In this document: in pieces, positions 1 through 11,442 of the stretch
Layout: every line of letters begins with the position of its first letter
How positions within the stretch are numbered: position 1 is the stretch's first letter
Position numbers and translations under genes: made by a program
Assembly: GCA_016187835.1 (NCBI GenBank)
Contig: JACPIY010000107.1
Span: 1-63,038 of the forward strand
Direction: 5' to 3'
DNA length: 63,038 nucleotides
DNA from: Deltaproteobacteria bacterium
Lineage (GTDB): Bacteria > Desulfobacterota_D > UBA1144 > Nemesobacterales > CSP1-2
Notes under the pieces: model-generated
Database searches by the model: none
The model's input: the letters and a program-made list of their open reading frames with translations, nothing else
What the model was told of the DNA's origin: nothing

Positions 1-1986
1 ACCCAATCTTCTTGCAATCTGCTTTATTATTTGCATTCGATCTTTTTCTCTTTCTGCCTTCTCAGCATCTTCCCTCGATAGATATTGATTACTCGTATTA
101 TCTTCGACAAGTTTACCGTCCCTGTCGTATATGCGGAGGATGAGCTTGGGTTCGACAAGTTTCCCTCCAGAGGCAAAGACATTAAATGCTTTTACCATCT
201 CTATAAGGGAGACTTCAGACCCGCCAAGTGCAAGAGAAGGATAGGGATTTAAATGGGATGTAAAGCCGAATTGCTTTGTATAATTCACAGCATAATTTGG
301 ATCAATATCCAAAAGAATCCTAACGCTCGCCAAATTTCTTGATTTTGCCAGCGCCTCTCTTAATGAGATCGGTCCCAGGTAACTACCATCATAGTTTTGT
401 GGAGCCCAGTTTTTAATTGCTACGGGCATATCATAAACGATTGTTGTCTCAGTATATCCCTTGTCTATAGCAGCGGCATATACTAGAGGTTTAAATGAAG
501 AACCAGGCTGCCTCGAAGCTTGCGTAGCCCTATTGAATTGAGACTCGAAAAAATCAAAACCCCCAACGACGGTTTTAACTAATCCTTTTGTATCCATAGC
601 TAAAAGCGCACCCTGGAACTGAGGTGCAATGTCTAAAGATACGTAATAACTTCCTTCTTCCTCCCTTTTTACATTTACTTTAACTACATCACCTACACCC
701 AGCTTAAAAGGAATCAAACTAATTCCATCGTATCCATTTAATGGAGCATAATTTGTAGATAATGGGAAGGATAAATTTTCTAAAGGCTTACCCAGAGGAG
801 AACTCACTCCAAAGCGAAGCTTGCCCTCCCACTTCCCTATTGCTATTTTTGCCTTAAAAACGCTTGGCGGAATCTCGTCCGCGACTTCGGTAACTACGGC
901 CTCATACGAGCTTCCTATGTCAATCTTATCAATATTAGGTGAGCTTCTAAAATTGTCTATCTCTTTCTTAGTGTTAAGATGTCTAAGTACAATCTTTCTT
1001 CCACGCCTCCCTGCAAGGTCTAGAATTCCTCGTCTTAAAGACCATTGAGCCGACAGGCTTAAATCAACATCAAGTGTAGTAAATACAGTGTAGCCTCCGT
1101 TAATAAAGGCTTGAGTGCCAAACTTGTTTTCTAAGTATTGTCTTACAAGCTCTACAAAATACGGAGCAACCTGATTATTTATGTCTCTCTTGGGAACGAT
1201 TTTAATCTGATATTCATCGGCTTTCCTTCTTTGTTGATCTGTAATTAGACCCTCTTCTTCCATTAATTTCAGTACAAGTCTCTGCCTGCTTATCGACCTA
1301 TCAAGATACTTGCGGGGAGAGTAGTACTCCGGACGCTTTGGGAGTCCGGCAAGAAGAGCCGCTTCAGCCAGATTTATGTCCTTTGCCGATTTGCCAAAGT
1401 AGCTCGTACTCGCCGCTTCGACACCGTAATTACCGTCTCCAAGATAAATATGATTGAGGTAGATGTAAAGAATCTCCTCTTTTGAAAGATTATTTTCCAT
1501 TCTGTAGGCAAGTATTGCCTCTTTGATTTTTCGAGATACGCTCTTTTCCGGGGAGAGAACGAGATTTTTTGCAACTTGTTGAGTAATCGTACTCCCTCCC
1601 TGAACTATCTCTCCTTCTCGAATGTTTTTTATGAGTGCGCCGACAACTCGTTTAAAATCAACGCCCTCGTGTTCAAAAAAGCGCTTATCTTCGACTGCTA
1701 TAAAGGCATTTCGGACGTGCTTAGGAATCTCCTCTAATTGTATGAGTTTTCTTTTTTCAGCAGTAAAATCGGCTATGAGCCTGCCATCGAAAGAATAAAC
1801 CTCGGTTATAAGACGGGGTTTATAACCTGTGATCTTTGTAAGATCTGGAAGGTCATGAGTAAAATACCAGTAAGCTAAATAGAGCGATAATAAAGATATG
1901 GACGTAAAACCAATTAGGGCGTACGCCAGTACTTTAGCTTTATTTCGTCTAAGTTGAAGGTTTATTCTCTTCTGTTTTCGTGCCAT
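1..1986 (-). CDS. mrcA: Class A penicillin-binding protein 1A (transglycosylase/transpeptidase), 3' end runs off the left edge
   Basis: Not in the ORF track. My minus-strand translation from ATG 1986 gives MARKQKR..., a TM segment, AVEDKRFFEHEGVD and QGGSTITQQVAKNL (transglycosylase motifs), and RQPGSSFKP (SxxK) near 490-515. Confidence 0.9.
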   Translation of the reverse strand, partial: MARKQKRINLQLRRNKAKVLAYALIGFTSISLLSLYLAYWYFTHDLPDLTKITGYKPRLITEVYSFDGRLIADFTAEKRKLIQLEEIPKHVRNAFIAVEDKRFFEHEGVDFKRVVGALIKNIREGEIVQGGSTITQQVAKNLVLSPEKSVSRKIKEAILAYRMENNLSKEEILYIYLNHIYLGDGNYGVEAASTSYFGKSAKDINLAEAALLAGLPKRPEYYSPRKYLDRSISRQRLVLKLMEEEGLITDQQRRKADEYQIKIVPKRDINNQVAPYFVELVRQYLENKFGTQAFINGGYTVFTTLDVDLSLSAQWSLRRGILDLAGRRGRKIVLRHLNTKKEIDNFRSSPNIDKIDIGSSYEAVVTEVADEIPPSVFKAKIAIGKWEGKLRFGVSSPLGKPLENLSFPLSTNYAPLNGYDGISLIPFKLGVGDVVKVNVKREEEGSYYVSLDIAPQFQGALLAMDTKGLVKTVVGGFDFFESQFNRATQASRQPGSSFKPLVYAAAIDKGYTETTIVYDMPVAIKNWAPQNYDGSYLGPISLREALAKSRNLASVRILLDIDPNYAVNYTKQFGFTSHLNPYPSLALGGSEVSLIEMVKAFNVFASGGKLVEPKLILRIYDRDGKLVEDNTSNQYLSREDAEKAEREKDRMQIIKQIARRLG

Positions 1987-2104
1987 ATTTTTAGGGTTAA
2001 TTTAAGAATAGCAAGCACATTATGCTTTTAAAAGTCAAAATTTCTCTTCCCAATCTTATTTAAACATTACAAGTTAAGTTAATTATCTGTTATTATAACA
2101 AACT

Positions 2105-2314
2105 ATGGAAGAAATAAAAAATCAATACTCCGAAACGTTTGATAGCTACATTCGTAATGTTGATGATCAGGAACTTAAGGGAGTACTCCTTAAGCTCAAA
2201 AACGAGATGCGAAAGCCAGACACTTCTTGGGAGATCATAAAAACGGTTCTTCAGTCCTTATTAAATAAGAATAAAGAAACACTCATAGAAATACTTCCAC
2301 TTATTTTAAAGTAG
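2105..2314 (+). CDS. Small hypothetical protein
   Basis: 69-aa ATG ORF divergent from PBP1A with helical composition; no recognisable motif. Confidence 0.55.
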   Translation: MEEIKNQYSETFDSYIRNVDDQELKGVLLKLKNEMRKPDTSWEIIKTVLQSLLNKNKETLIEILPLILK

Positions 2315-2440
2315 CAGTTACGAGATTTGTTATACCGGTTTTGGGTTTGAATTAAATCTTACGGGGCTTTCGTTTATTTGTCTTTCCTCACTCGCATCAT
2401 TATTATTATAGTTAAAAAATAGTGTCGCCAAGATAAAATT

Positions 2441-3379
2441 ATGAACAACTTATCCACAGTGAACAGTGTATTGGATTTAATCGGACGAACACCAGTAATA
2501 AAGCTTAATAAAGTTGTCCCGAAAAGAGCAGCCACGATTTGGGCAAAGCTCGAAAACCTCAATCCAGCAGGAAGCATAAAAGAAAGAATATGCCTAAAGA
2601 TGATTGAAGTAGCGGAAAAGGAACGCAAAATCATCCCGGGGAAAAGCGTGATCGTCGAACCCACGAGTGGTAATACGGGAATCGGGCTTGCCCTCGTTTG
2701 TGCAGTAAAGGGATATAGGTTGATACTTACGATGCCAGATGATATGAGTTTGGAAAGAAGGCTTCTTCTTGGTGCCTACGGAGCAGAGCTTATCCTTACG
2801 CCCGCTGCAGAAAAAATGGAAGGAGCCGTCCAAAAAGCCGAGGCAATCGTTCGTGAAAACCCAAACGCATTTATGCCTCAGCAGTTTAAAAACCAGGCAA
2901 ACCCAGATATGCATATATTAACTACAGGGCCAGAGATATTAGAGCAGATTCCGGGAGAGATCCATGCATTTGTTGCCGGAGTTGGAACTGGCGGAACAAT
3001 TACAGGAGTTGGTGAAATACTGCAAAAGCGATTCCCCCACATACACATAGTTGCAGTAGAGCCTGCCGAGTCAGCCGTACTTTCTGGTAAAAAGCCAAAT
3101 GTGCACGACATACAGGGAATAGGAGCAGGGTTTATTCCCGAAATTCTTAATACAAGAATCTATGATGAAGTAATAACAATAACCGGGAGGGAAGCAAAGG
3201 CATTTACAAAGTTCATTGCCAAAGAAGAAGGACTTCTTGTTGGCATCTCGGCAGGAGCCGCCGGGCTTGCGGCGGTGAGAGTAGCAGAAAACCTAGGTCA
3301 GGGAAAACAGGTTGTGACGATATTCTGCGACACTGGAGAAAGATATTTGAGCACCGAGGTCTTTAGTGAAAATGAATAA
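2441..3379 (+). CDS. cysK: Cysteine synthase A
   Basis: KLENLNPAGSIKER PLP-lysine motif, EPTSGNTGIGLA, GVGTGGTITG, IQGIGAGF, DTGERYLST. Confidence 0.95.
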   Translation: MNNLSTVNSVLDLIGRTPVIKLNKVVPKRAATIWAKLENLNPAGSIKERICLKMIEVAEKERKIIPGKSVIVEPTSGNTGIGLALVCAVKGYRLILTMPDDMSLERRLLLGAYGAELILTPAAEKMEGAVQKAEAIVRENPNAFMPQQFKNQANPDMHILTTGPEILEQIPGEIHAFVAGVGTGGTITGVGEILQKRFPHIHIVAVEPAESAVLSGKKPNVHDIQGIGAGFIPEILNTRIYDEVITITGREAKAFTKFIAKEEGLLVGISAGAAGLAAVRVAENLGQGKQVVTIFCDTGERYLSTEVFSENE

Positions 3380-3401
3380 AATAATAGGAGTGTAATTCGT
3401 A

Positions 3402-3429
3402 TTGAAAAGTGTTTTATGTGTGCTATCAT
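3402..3429 (+). promoter_or_regulatory. Putative sigma70 promoter of the ftsH operon
   Basis: TTGAAA-16 bp-TATCAT with TG extended -10, ~40 bp upstream of ftsH. Confidence 0.45.
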
Positions 3430-3466
3430 TTTTTAAACAACAATTTAGGTTTAAAATGAGGAGAAT

Positions 3467-5341
3467 GTGAGCAGTCAGCTTTTTAAAAACTTAATTTTAT
3501 GGTTAGTTATCTTTGTAGCCATAATTGCCTTATATCAGCTAATCCATACCCCCCAAAGCAATTATAAAGAAATCACTTATAGCGAATTCTTAAAAAGTCT
3601 CGAGAACGGGGAAATAGAAAAGCTTGAATTTAAGGGCGAAGAAATAAAAGGAACCTATAGAGGCGAGCTCCAGCAGGGCTTCAGGACCACGGGCCCTGCA
3701 AACGATGAACTTATTAAAACCCTAAGGGAAGCAAACGTAGCCTTTAGCTTTGCAGCAACAAGAGAAGGTTCTTTAACAAACATACTCTTTAACTGGGCCC
3801 CGCTTATTCTTCTAATCGTCATTATGGTTTTATTCATGCGTCAGATTCAAGCAGGCGGAACAAAAGCCATGTCATTTGGGAAAAGCCGCGCTCGAATGCT
3901 TACAGAAAACCAGAATAAAACCACATTCAAAGACGTTGCAGGAATCGATGAAGCAAAGGAAGAGGTTCAAGAAATCGTAGAATTCTTAAAAAACCCGAAA
4001 AAATTCACTCGCCTCGGTGGACGCATACCGAAAGGCGTTCTTCTCGTCGGACCACCGGGAACCGGGAAAACACTTCTTGCAAAAGCTATTGCAGGAGAAG
4101 CAGGCGTTCCTTTTTTTATAATCAGCGGAAGCGATTTCGTTGAGATGTTCGTAGGAGTTGGCGCATCAAGAGTAAGGGACCTTTTTGTACAGGCAAAACG
4201 TCACACTCCTTGCATTATATTCGTTGATGAACTTGATGCCGTCGGACGGCACCGCGGGGCAGGCCTAGGCGGAGGGCACGATGAAAGGGAACAAACCCTT
4301 AACCAGCTTCTCGTTGAGATGGATGGATTTGAAGCTAACGAGGGAACAATAGTTATTGCTGCAACCAACCGTCCCGATGTTCTCGACCCCGCTCTTCTTC
4401 GTCCCGGAAGGTTTGATCGTCAGGTGGTTGTACCAAGACCCGATGTAAGAGGAAGAGAAGAAATACTCAAAGTTCATACAAAGAATACGCCATTAAATGA
4501 GGACGTTACTCTTGGTCTAATAGCACGCTCAACGCCTGGTTTCTCAGGTGCAGACCTTCAAAACCTCGTGAATGAAGCTGCGCTTCACGCAGCACGTTTG
4601 GGAAGAGTACAGATAACTATGGAGGACTTTGAGTACGCAAAAGATAAGGTTATTATGGGGGTTGAAAGAAAGAGTCTCATTATAAGCGATAAAGAAAAAA
4701 AAATCACCGCATATCATGAAGGCGGGCACGCACTTGTTGCAAAACTCACTCCGGGGACGGATCCTATTCACAAGGTAACCATAATTCCACGGGGTCTTGC
4801 CCTTGGCGTTACCCAACAACTCCCCATAGAAGACAAATATACTCTTTCTAAGGGGTATCTTAACAACACAATTATGGTACTCCTTGGTGGTCGGGCAGCG
4901 GAAGAAATAATATTTGATGAAAAAACCAGCGGCGCTGGAAACGATCTTGAAAGAGCAACGGACATTGCAAGGAAGATGGTATGCGAATGGGGAATGAGTG
5001 ATAAGGTAGGACCAGTAACATTTGGCAAACCTGATGAACAGATATTTCTTGGCAAAGAGCTTTCTCGTCATAAAGACTATAGTGAAGCAACAGCAATGGA
5101 AATTGACGATGAAATAAAAAAAATAGTCACAGAGAATTACAAAAAAGCTAAAACAGTTCTTGAAGAAAACGTAGACCTGCTCCATAAACTGGCCGAAGTG
5201 CTACTTGACAAGGAAGTGGTTGACGGCAAAGAACTTGATGAACTCGTGAAAGAGGTAAGACCGGAGTATCCGTCTTGGGAGGGGGGAATTGGACAAAAAG
5301 GGACGGTGGCTCTACGAACCAAGAATATTGAGAATTCATAA
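3467..5341 (+). CDS. ftsH: ATP-dependent zinc metalloprotease FtsH
   Basis: Two N-terminal TM helices, GPPGTGKT Walker [24 protein letters not shown] zinc motif. Confidence 0.98.
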   Translation: MSSQLFKNLILWLVIFVAIIALYQLIHTPQSNYKEITYSEFLKSLENGEIEKLEFKGEEIKGTYRGELQQGFRTTGPANDELIKTLREANVAFSFAATREGSLTNILFNWAPLILLIVIMVLFMRQIQAGGTKAMSFGKSRARMLTENQNKTTFKDVAGIDEAKEEVQEIVEFLKNPKKFTRLGGRIPKGVLLVGPPGTGKTLLAKAIAGEAGVPFFIISGSDFVEMFVGVGASRVRDLFVQAKRHTPCIIFVDELDAVGRHRGAGLGGGHDEREQTLNQLLVEMDGFEANEGTIVIAATNRPDVLDPALLRPGRFDRQVVVPRPDVRGREEILKVHTKNTPLNEDVTLGLIARSTPGFSGADLQNLVNEAALHAARLGRVQITMEDFEYAKDKVIMGVERKSLIISDKEKKITAYHEGGHALVAKLTPGTDPIHKVTIIPRGLALGVTQQLPIEDKYTLSKGYLNNTIMVLLGGRAAEEIIFDEKTSGAGNDLERATDIARKMVCEWGMSDKVGPVTFGKPDEQIFLGKELSRHKDYSEATAMEIDDEIKKIVTENYKKAKTVLEENVDLLHKLAEVLLDKEVVDGKELDELVKEVRPEYPSWEGGIGQKGTVALRTKNIENS

Positions 5342-5434
5342 GAAGCAAAAGAGTATTTATTTGAGAACGGCTAAAATTAGTTACTAGACTTATTTCTATT
5401 GATACATAGTTCCATTTTATACAGATAATAAGGA

Positions 5435-6355
5435 ATGCCTATTCAGCCTAGACACCTGCAAGATAACAAAGCTTTAGGCAAACAAGACGTATTCTGCTCT
5501 AAGCAAATGAGATATAAACTTATATGTAGAGATAAGGAAATGATTCTCGGACAAAGAACACATATTATGGGTATACTCAATGTAACACCGGACTCATTTT
5601 ACGACGGTGGAAGGTACTCTAAACTCTATGACGCTCTAAAGCAAACGGAAAAAATGATAAGTGAAGGGGCAGACATCATTGATATAGGAGGAGAATCAAC
5701 AAGACCAGGGTCTTTTGGGGTTTCGGAGAAAGAGGAACTAAATCGCGTGATTCCTGTAATAAAAGAGGTAATGAAACGATTTGATATTGTGCTATCAATA
5801 GACACAACTAAAGCAAAAGTGGCGGAGGAAGCTTTGAGTCAGGGAGTCTCAATAGTGAACGATATAAGCGGGCTAAAATTTGACCCTAGAATTGCTGAGG
5901 TAGTGGCAAGGTATAGAGCAGGACTCGTTTTAATGCATACTACATCTCGTCCACACGATATGCAAAATAAGACTGAATATAATTCAATTGTTCATGACAT
6001 AGTTCAATCACTTCGCGGATCAGTGAAATTAGCTGAGGAAAAGGGAGTTCACTCAGAGAGCATAGTGATTGACCCCGGTTTTGGTTTCGGAAAAACCCCT
6101 GATCAGAACCTCATGCTCCTCAAGCATCTTAGAGAACTACTTGTGCTAGAAAAGCCCATACTTATCGGAACATCACGAAAATCCTTTATAGGCAGGGTCC
6201 TTGGAGGTTCTCAGTTGCCAGAAGAAAAGCTCGCAGGAACTGCCGCTACCATTTCAATAGCCATTATGAACCATGCCTCAATTGTCAGGGTTCATGATGT
6301 GTTTTATATGAAAAATGTAGCTCTGATGACGGATGCGGTTCTTAACGTAAATTAG
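5435..6355 (+). CDS. folP: Dihydropteroate synthase (true start may be ATG 5507)
   Basis: IMGILNVTPDSFYDGG, DIGGESTRPG, DPGFGFGK, SRKSFIG, RVHDV. Confidence 0.96.
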   Translation: MPIQPRHLQDNKALGKQDVFCSKQMRYKLICRDKEMILGQRTHIMGILNVTPDSFYDGGRYSKLYDALKQTEKMISEGADIIDIGGESTRPGSFGVSEKEELNRVIPVIKEVMKRFDIVLSIDTTKAKVAEEALSQGVSIVNDISGLKFDPRIAEVVARYRAGLVLMHTTSRPHDMQNKTEYNSIVHDIVQSLRGSVKLAEEKGVHSESIVIDPGFGFGKTPDQNLMLLKHLRELLVLEKPILIGTSRKSFIGRVLGGSQLPEEKLAGTAATISIAIMNHASIVRVHDVFYMKNVALMTDAVLNVN

Positions 6356-6398
6356 AAGTGCTAATTAAATACATTTAAGTAAGGTTAGAGTATAACCT

Positions 6399-7232
6399 AT
6401 GTTTGATGCTTTTTCTAATTTCAGGTACCTACAGGATATTTTAGATATTATAATTGTTGCTTTAATCATCTACTATATACTGAGTCTAATTGAGGGAACA
6501 CGTGCAGTTCAGATGCTCTCCGGTCTTGGGGCTCTTTTTGTGCTTTATTTTGTCTCTCAAAGGTGGGAACTTTTCACACTCAACTGGATATTAGGCCATT
6601 TTCTTAGCTCTATAATTCTGATCGCAGTTATACTATTTCAAAGTGATATTCGCAGAGCCCTTACTGCCCTTGGTAAAAATCCTCTTTTCCTAAAAATATC
6701 TCCGGGAAAATCAGAGGAGCTTGTTGTTGACGAAATTGTAAAGTCAACGAGCTTCTTAGCAAACCGTCAAATTGGAGCTCTTATTGCTATTGAAAGAGCA
6801 AACAGCCTTGCAGATTTTGTCGAGATTGGAATGAGAATTGATGCATGGGTATCAAGAGAGCTGATTATAAGCATATTCAATACTTCCTCTCCACTGCATG
6901 ACGGTGGAATGATAATAGGAAGAAATAAGATACTGTCTGCAGGCTCTTTTTTTTCCCTTGCTACCGACCCTGACCTTGAAAGGGAACTCGGGACGAGGCA
7001 TAGAGCCGCAATAGGTCTCTCAAGAGAGACGGATGCCATTGTCGTCGTGGTCTCAGAGGAGACCGGAACAATATCCCTTGCTTCAGAAGGGAATTTAACA
7101 AGGGGGCTTGATGCAACTTCGCTCAACAACCGTCTTCTTGAGCTTCTTGAGATAAGGAGACAACTAATTGAAAAACATGGTCTTTTTGATCGCATTCTGA
7201 GAAGGAAGCGAGTTGAAAAAAACAGTGCTTAA
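6399..7232 (+). CDS. cdaA: Diadenylate cyclase CdaA (DacA)
   Basis: Three N-terminal TM helices, PLHDGG and LGTRHRAA DAC motifs, VSEETG; canonical cdaA-cdaR-glmM order. Confidence 0.93.
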   Translation: MFDAFSNFRYLQDILDIIIVALIIYYILSLIEGTRAVQMLSGLGALFVLYFVSQRWELFTLNWILGHFLSSIILIAVILFQSDIRRALTALGKNPLFLKISPGKSEELVVDEIVKSTSFLANRQIGALIAIERANSLADFVEIGMRIDAWVSRELIISIFNTSSPLHDGGMIIGRNKILSAGSFFSLATDPDLERELGTRHRAAIGLSRETDAIVVVVSEETGTISLASEGNLTRGLDATSLNNRLLELLEIRRQLIEKHGLFDRILRRKRVEKNSA

Positions 7233-8178
7233 AACAACGTTACATGAAGTATCTAAAAACCAATTTTTTAAAAATATTGGTAAAAAAGTCCTAGCCGTTG
7301 CCATTGCGATAGTACTTTGGTTTGTAGCCAATATTGAGCATGATATTGAAAAGAGCATTTCGATAAATGTGAATTATCTAAATCTGCCATCTGAACTAAT
7401 TATTGTAAATAAGCCTCCCGAAAGGCTCAACATTAGAGTTCGTGGACCCCGCACTCAGCTTGCCTCTTTTTCTCCCCGCAACATTGCTTTTACACTAGAC
7501 CTTTCTAACGCTTCGCCGGGAGTCTCTAAATTTGAGGTTCAAACAGATCAGATTAAAACACCAAGAGGAGTACAGGTAACAGGTATTACACCTGCGGAGA
7601 TTAAAGTGGATGTTGACCAAATAATCAAAAAAGAGGTTGATGTAAAACCAGTGATTAGGGGGCCTGCCGATACAGGATATGAGTTAGTCGGCGCACCTGT
7701 GGCTCTCCCTTCAAGAGTAGAAATTAAAGGTCCAAGAAATATAGTATCTCAAATCAACGCTATACCAACTGATTCGATATCAATAACGGGCGTTAAATCT
7801 AAGTTTACAATACAAGTTCCCCTAAAATCCCCTCATTCGTTGGTCGTTATAGTAAACTACGAAATTGTACGAGTTACGGTAGATATACGGGAGCAAACAG
7901 TAGAAAAGCAATTTGATGATATAGAAATACAATTTGTCAACTTTAATGATCGTGACTTTGAGCCTCTGGGCCCCCTCAAAGCAGAACTGGAATTTGAAGG
8001 ACCGTATAGTATCATTAGAGACTTGAACAGCGATGATATAAAAGTGTTTGTAGATGGTAGTAATCTTAGAAACTCGAAACGGTTGGCAAGGCTAGAGGTA
8101 AATGTAACCTATCCATATAGGGAAAGTATAATACTTAAGAAAAAAGTACCCGCGACTATTGAAGTCAGATTAAATTAA
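7213..8178 (+). CDS. cdaR: CdaR / YbbR-domain protein
   Basis: N-terminal TM (AVAIAIVLWFV), repeated beta-rich V.V.GP domains, located between cdaA and glmM. Confidence 0.85.
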   Translation: MKKTVLKTTLHEVSKNQFFKNIGKKVLAVAIAIVLWFVANIEHDIEKSISINVNYLNLPSELIIVNKPPERLNIRVRGPRTQLASFSPRNIAFTLDLSNASPGVSKFEVQTDQIKTPRGVQVTGITPAEIKVDVDQIIKKEVDVKPVIRGPADTGYELVGAPVALPSRVEIKGPRNIVSQINAIPTDSISITGVKSKFTIQVPLKSPHSLVVIVNYEIVRVTVDIREQTVEKQFDDIEIQFVNFNDRDFEPLGPLKAELEFEGPYSIIRDLNSDDIKVFVDGSNLRNSKRLARLEVNVTYPYRESIILKKKVPATIEVRLN

Positions 8179-8190
8179 CGGGAGGAAGGA

Positions 8191-9576
8191 TTGAAAAGAA
8201 GTAAGAAAAGCCTTTTTGGAACTGATGGTGTGAGAGGAGTAGCCAACACCCACCCTATGACTCCGGAGATAAGTCTCAAACTCGGAAAAGCTTTGACCTA
8301 TATCCTGAAAGAGCAAAAAACGGACTCAAAAAAAACCAAAATAGTAATCGGAAAAGATACAAGACTCTCTGGATATATGTTTGAACAAGCAATTTCGGCT
8401 GGGATAGCATCTATGGGGGCGGACGTTCTTCTTGTTGGTCCCCTTCCTACACCCGCCATTGCTTTTCTTACCGTAAGCATGCGTGCAGATGCAGGCATAG
8501 TAATATCGGCTTCCCACAATCCTTATGAAGACAACGGGATAAAATTCTTTGATCGGTTCGGATTTAAATTGCCTGATGAGAAAGAACTGAAGATAGAAGA
8601 ACTTATCACGAGTGAAAGAATAGATCATATAAGAGCTTCTTCCCCAGACGTTGGGAAGGCTTCAAGAATTGAAGATGCTGCGGGAAGATACGTTGTTTTT
8701 GTTAAAAATACATTTCCAAGAGACCTCAACCTAGAAGGGATTAAAATAGTTCTTGATTGTGCAAATGGCGCTGCTTATAAGGTCTCTCCTATAGTATTTC
8801 AGGAACTAGGGGCAGACGTGATAACTATTGGGGTTAATCCTACTGGCAGAAACATAAACACGGAATGCGGTGCACTTAACCCTGAACTACTAAAACGAAA
8901 AGTCCTGGAAACGGGTGCAGCTTTAGGAATAGCGCTTGATGGAGATGCTGATAGAATTATATTCTGTGATGAAAATGGAAATGAGGTGGATGGTGATAAG
9001 ATTATGGCAATTTGTGCTGATGAAATGATTCAAACTGGAAAACTCCTTAAAAACACAGTTGTGGCAACTGTGATGAGTAATATGGCCCTTGAGGCATTTA
9101 TACGACATAAAGGAGGCAAGTTAATTAGGACTCAGGTTGGAGACAGATACGTTGTTGAAGAAATGAGAAAAATAGGTTGTAACTTTGGCGGTGAGAAATC
9201 GGGACATATCGTATTTATAGATCATACTACGACGGGGGATGGAACCCTTGCCGCCCTTCAAGTCCTCGCTATTATGAGACGAAAGGAAAAAAATCTTTCC
9301 GATCTTGCAAAGATAATAGACCCCTTTCCCCAGCTACTAATTAACGTGAAAGTAAAGGCAAAAAAACCTTTTGACAATATTCCAAGACTCAATGATATAC
9401 TCAATTCATTCGAAAGAACTCTCGAAGGACGTGGAAGAATAAACTTGAGATATTCCGGAACAGAACCCCTTGCAAGAGTTATGGTTGAAGGTGAGAATGA
9501 GGTGCTGATAAAAGAGATTGCTGAAGAGATTGCAAGAGTGATCGAACAAGACATAGGAGAACAAGTGAGTGCCTAG
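8191..9576 (+). CDS. glmM: Phosphoglucosamine mutase
   Basis: [42 protein letters not shown]. Confidence 0.97.
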   Translation: MKRSKKSLFGTDGVRGVANTHPMTPEISLKLGKALTYILKEQKTDSKKTKIVIGKDTRLSGYMFEQAISAGIASMGADVLLVGPLPTPAIAFLTVSMRADAGIVISASHNPYEDNGIKFFDRFGFKLPDEKELKIEELITSERIDHIRASSPDVGKASRIEDAAGRYVVFVKNTFPRDLNLEGIKIVLDCANGAAYKVSPIVFQELGADVITIGVNPTGRNINTECGALNPELLKRKVLETGAALGIALDGDADRIIFCDENGNEVDGDKIMAICADEMIQTGKLLKNTVVATVMSNMALEAFIRHKGGKLIRTQVGDRYVVEEMRKIGCNFGGEKSGHIVFIDHTTTGDGTLAALQVLAIMRRKEKNLSDLAKIIDPFPQLLINVKVKAKKPFDNIPRLNDILNSFERTLEGRGRINLRYSGTEPLARVMVEGENEVLIKEIAEEIARVIEQDIGEQVSA

Positions 9577-10282
9577 ATTAAATGTTAATATAGACCACGT
9601 AGCAACTGTGCGACAATCAAGAAGAGGAGTGGAGCCAGATCCTGTCTTTGCTGCATACCTGGCGGAGCTTGCCGGTGCTGAGGGCATTGTAGTTCATCTA
9701 AGAGAAGATAGACGTCATATCCAGGATAGAGACCTCAAAATACTTAGACAGACTGTAAAAACCAAACTTAATATGGAGATGGCCCCTATAGAGGAGATTG
9801 TAGAAATTGCGATAGATATTAGACCCGAGATGGTGACGCTTGTACCTGAAAGGAGAGAAGAAATTACGACTGAGGGAGGGCTTAACATTTTAGCTCATCC
9901 TGAAACGATAGCGGGAGCGGTAAACAAAATTAAAAAAAAGGGATTATTTGTGAGTCTTTTTATAGACCCGAACTCGGAGCAGATAAAGGCGGCAAAAAAT
10001 ACAGGAGCTGATATGGTTGAGATTCATACGGGTCTATATGCTGAGGCAAAGAATATCGAGGAAAAAATAGAAGAACTAAAAAAGATCGAAAATTCAGTAG
10101 AAGCCTCCCTCAAGCTTGGTTTAAGAGTTTCAGCAGGGCACGGGCTTAACTATATAAACGTAAGAAGAATTAGCCAAATAAGAGGTGTTGAGGAATTAAA
10201 CATAGGACACAGCATAATAGCTCGCTCGGTTATTGTAGGAATTGAAAAAGCAGTAAAAGAAATGCTAGAACTCTGTAGGTAA
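9569..10282 (+). CDS. pdxJ: Pyridoxine 5'-phosphate synthase
   Basis: [44 protein letters not shown]. Confidence 0.97.
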   Translation: MPRLNVNIDHVATVRQSRRGVEPDPVFAAYLAELAGAEGIVVHLREDRRHIQDRDLKILRQTVKTKLNMEMAPIEEIVEIAIDIRPEMVTLVPERREEITTEGGLNILAHPETIAGAVNKIKKKGLFVSLFIDPNSEQIKAAKNTGADMVEIHTGLYAEAKNIEEKIEELKKIENSVEASLKLGLRVSAGHGLNYINVRRISQIRGVEELNIGHSIIARSVIVGIEKAVKEMLELCR

Positions 10283-10287
10283 TGAAG

Positions 10288-10348
10288 AGTTATAAGTTAA
10301 TAGTTATCAGTTTTACTTCTCAGCTATAACTATCAACTTATAACTGAT
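10288..10348. repeat. 7-bp periodic inverted repeat between pdxJ and acpS
   Basis: AGTTATA-AGTTAAT-AGTTATC-AGTT ... AGCTATA-ACTATCA-ACTTATA-ACTGAT: heptamer units on the left, complementary units on the right. Confidence 0.7.
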
Positions 10349-10357
10349 TATACACTT

Positions 10358-10726
10358 ATGATTATAGGCATAGGAATTGATCTTGTAAATATTCCGAGAA
10401 TTAAGAAACTCATAGAGAAATGGGGAAGCAGATTTAAAGAAAAGGTATTTTCCGATATCGAAATAAAATATTCCGAAGGTCACCAAAGAGACGAACAACA
10501 CTTTGCAGGTAACTTTGCAGTAAAAGAGGCTTTCATCAAGGCTCTCGGAAAGAGAAATATACGGTTCATTGACATCGAGGTTATGAGAAACGAGTATGGA
10601 AAGCCTTACATTAACCTCTATGGTGAAGTAAAAGCAAGGGTGGAAGAGATGGAAATAAAAGGTATCTACACCTCAATTTCACACGATGGGGAATATTCCG
10701 CGGCAGTTGTAATACTAGAAAAATAA
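10358..10726 (+). CDS. acpS: Holo-ACP synthase
   Basis: GIGIDLV, FAVKEAFIKALG, SISHD motifs; follows pdxJ. Confidence 0.95.
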   Translation: MIIGIGIDLVNIPRIKKLIEKWGSRFKEKVFSDIEIKYSEGHQRDEQHFAGNFAVKEAFIKALGKRNIRFIDIEVMRNEYGKPYINLYGEVKARVEEMEIKGIYTSISHDGEYSAAVVILEK

Positions 10727-10758
10727 ACACAAGGCACTATAGAAGCTTTTACTTATTT

Positions 10759-11238
10759 CTACATATGTGTATGACCTGAGTTGTTTCCTTTACATGATGA
10801 ACAATAACCGTAGAGTTCAAGTTTATGGTTTAAGACCTCAAAGCCATTAAGCCTTGCAACCTGTTGCGAACAGGACTCAATTTGGTTGTTTGCAAACTCG
10901 ATGATTTTTCCACATCCTACACAAATAAGGTGATCGTGATGCTCCCCCTCAAATTTAACTGGTTCGTACCTAGTCCTGCCGTCTCCAAAATTCCTTTCAA
11001 AAGCCAGACCGCATTCTTTGAAGAGTTTTAAAGTTCTGTAAATAGTGGCGTAGCCAATTTTTGGATGGTGTTTTTTTATTTTCTCGTAAAGGTCCTCAAC
11101 CGTTACATGTTGACCCAGATAATTAAAGAATTCATCAAAAATAATATCTCTCTGTTTTGTGGACTTTAGTTGTTTTTTGGAAATGAACTCCTCAAGAGCC
11201 TTTTTTCTTTCTTCTTTCGGTTTTATTTTAGTAATCAA
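10759..11238 (-). CDS. fur: Fur-family transcriptional regulator
   Basis: TKQRDII, ATIYRTLKLF, HHDHLICVGCGKIIEF, LYGYCSSC. Likely start is TTG 11238 after a GAGAGG SD (the track start 11334 is too long). Confidence 0.9.
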   Translation of the reverse strand: MITKIKPKEERKKALEEFISKKQLKSTKQRDIIFDEFFNYLGQHVTVEDLYEKIKKHHPKIGYATIYRTLKLFKECGLAFERNFGDGRTRYEPVKFEGEHHDHLICVGCGKIIEFANNQIESCSQQVARLNGFEVLNHKLELYGYCSSCKGNNSGHTHM

Positions 11239-11442
11239 ATTGAACACCTCTCTTGCGAATTGAATTTCAATATTAAATGTACACCAAAAAATCGGAAATA
11301 TCAACAAATAATACCAAATGGGAATTATTACCATTTATAAAACTTGCAAGACGTTTTTAGAATAAAGTCAGAGGGACTTATGATATAATAAAAGACAGTT
11401 TCCTACTTTAATTCCTTTGATAACCACTAAGGAGAAAGGGAG

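Noticed and set aside
4544-5185. Long antisense ORFs inside conserved genes (ftsH, pepA, pyc, metH and others)
   Set aside because: Shadow frames of highly conserved genes with no independent coding evidence.
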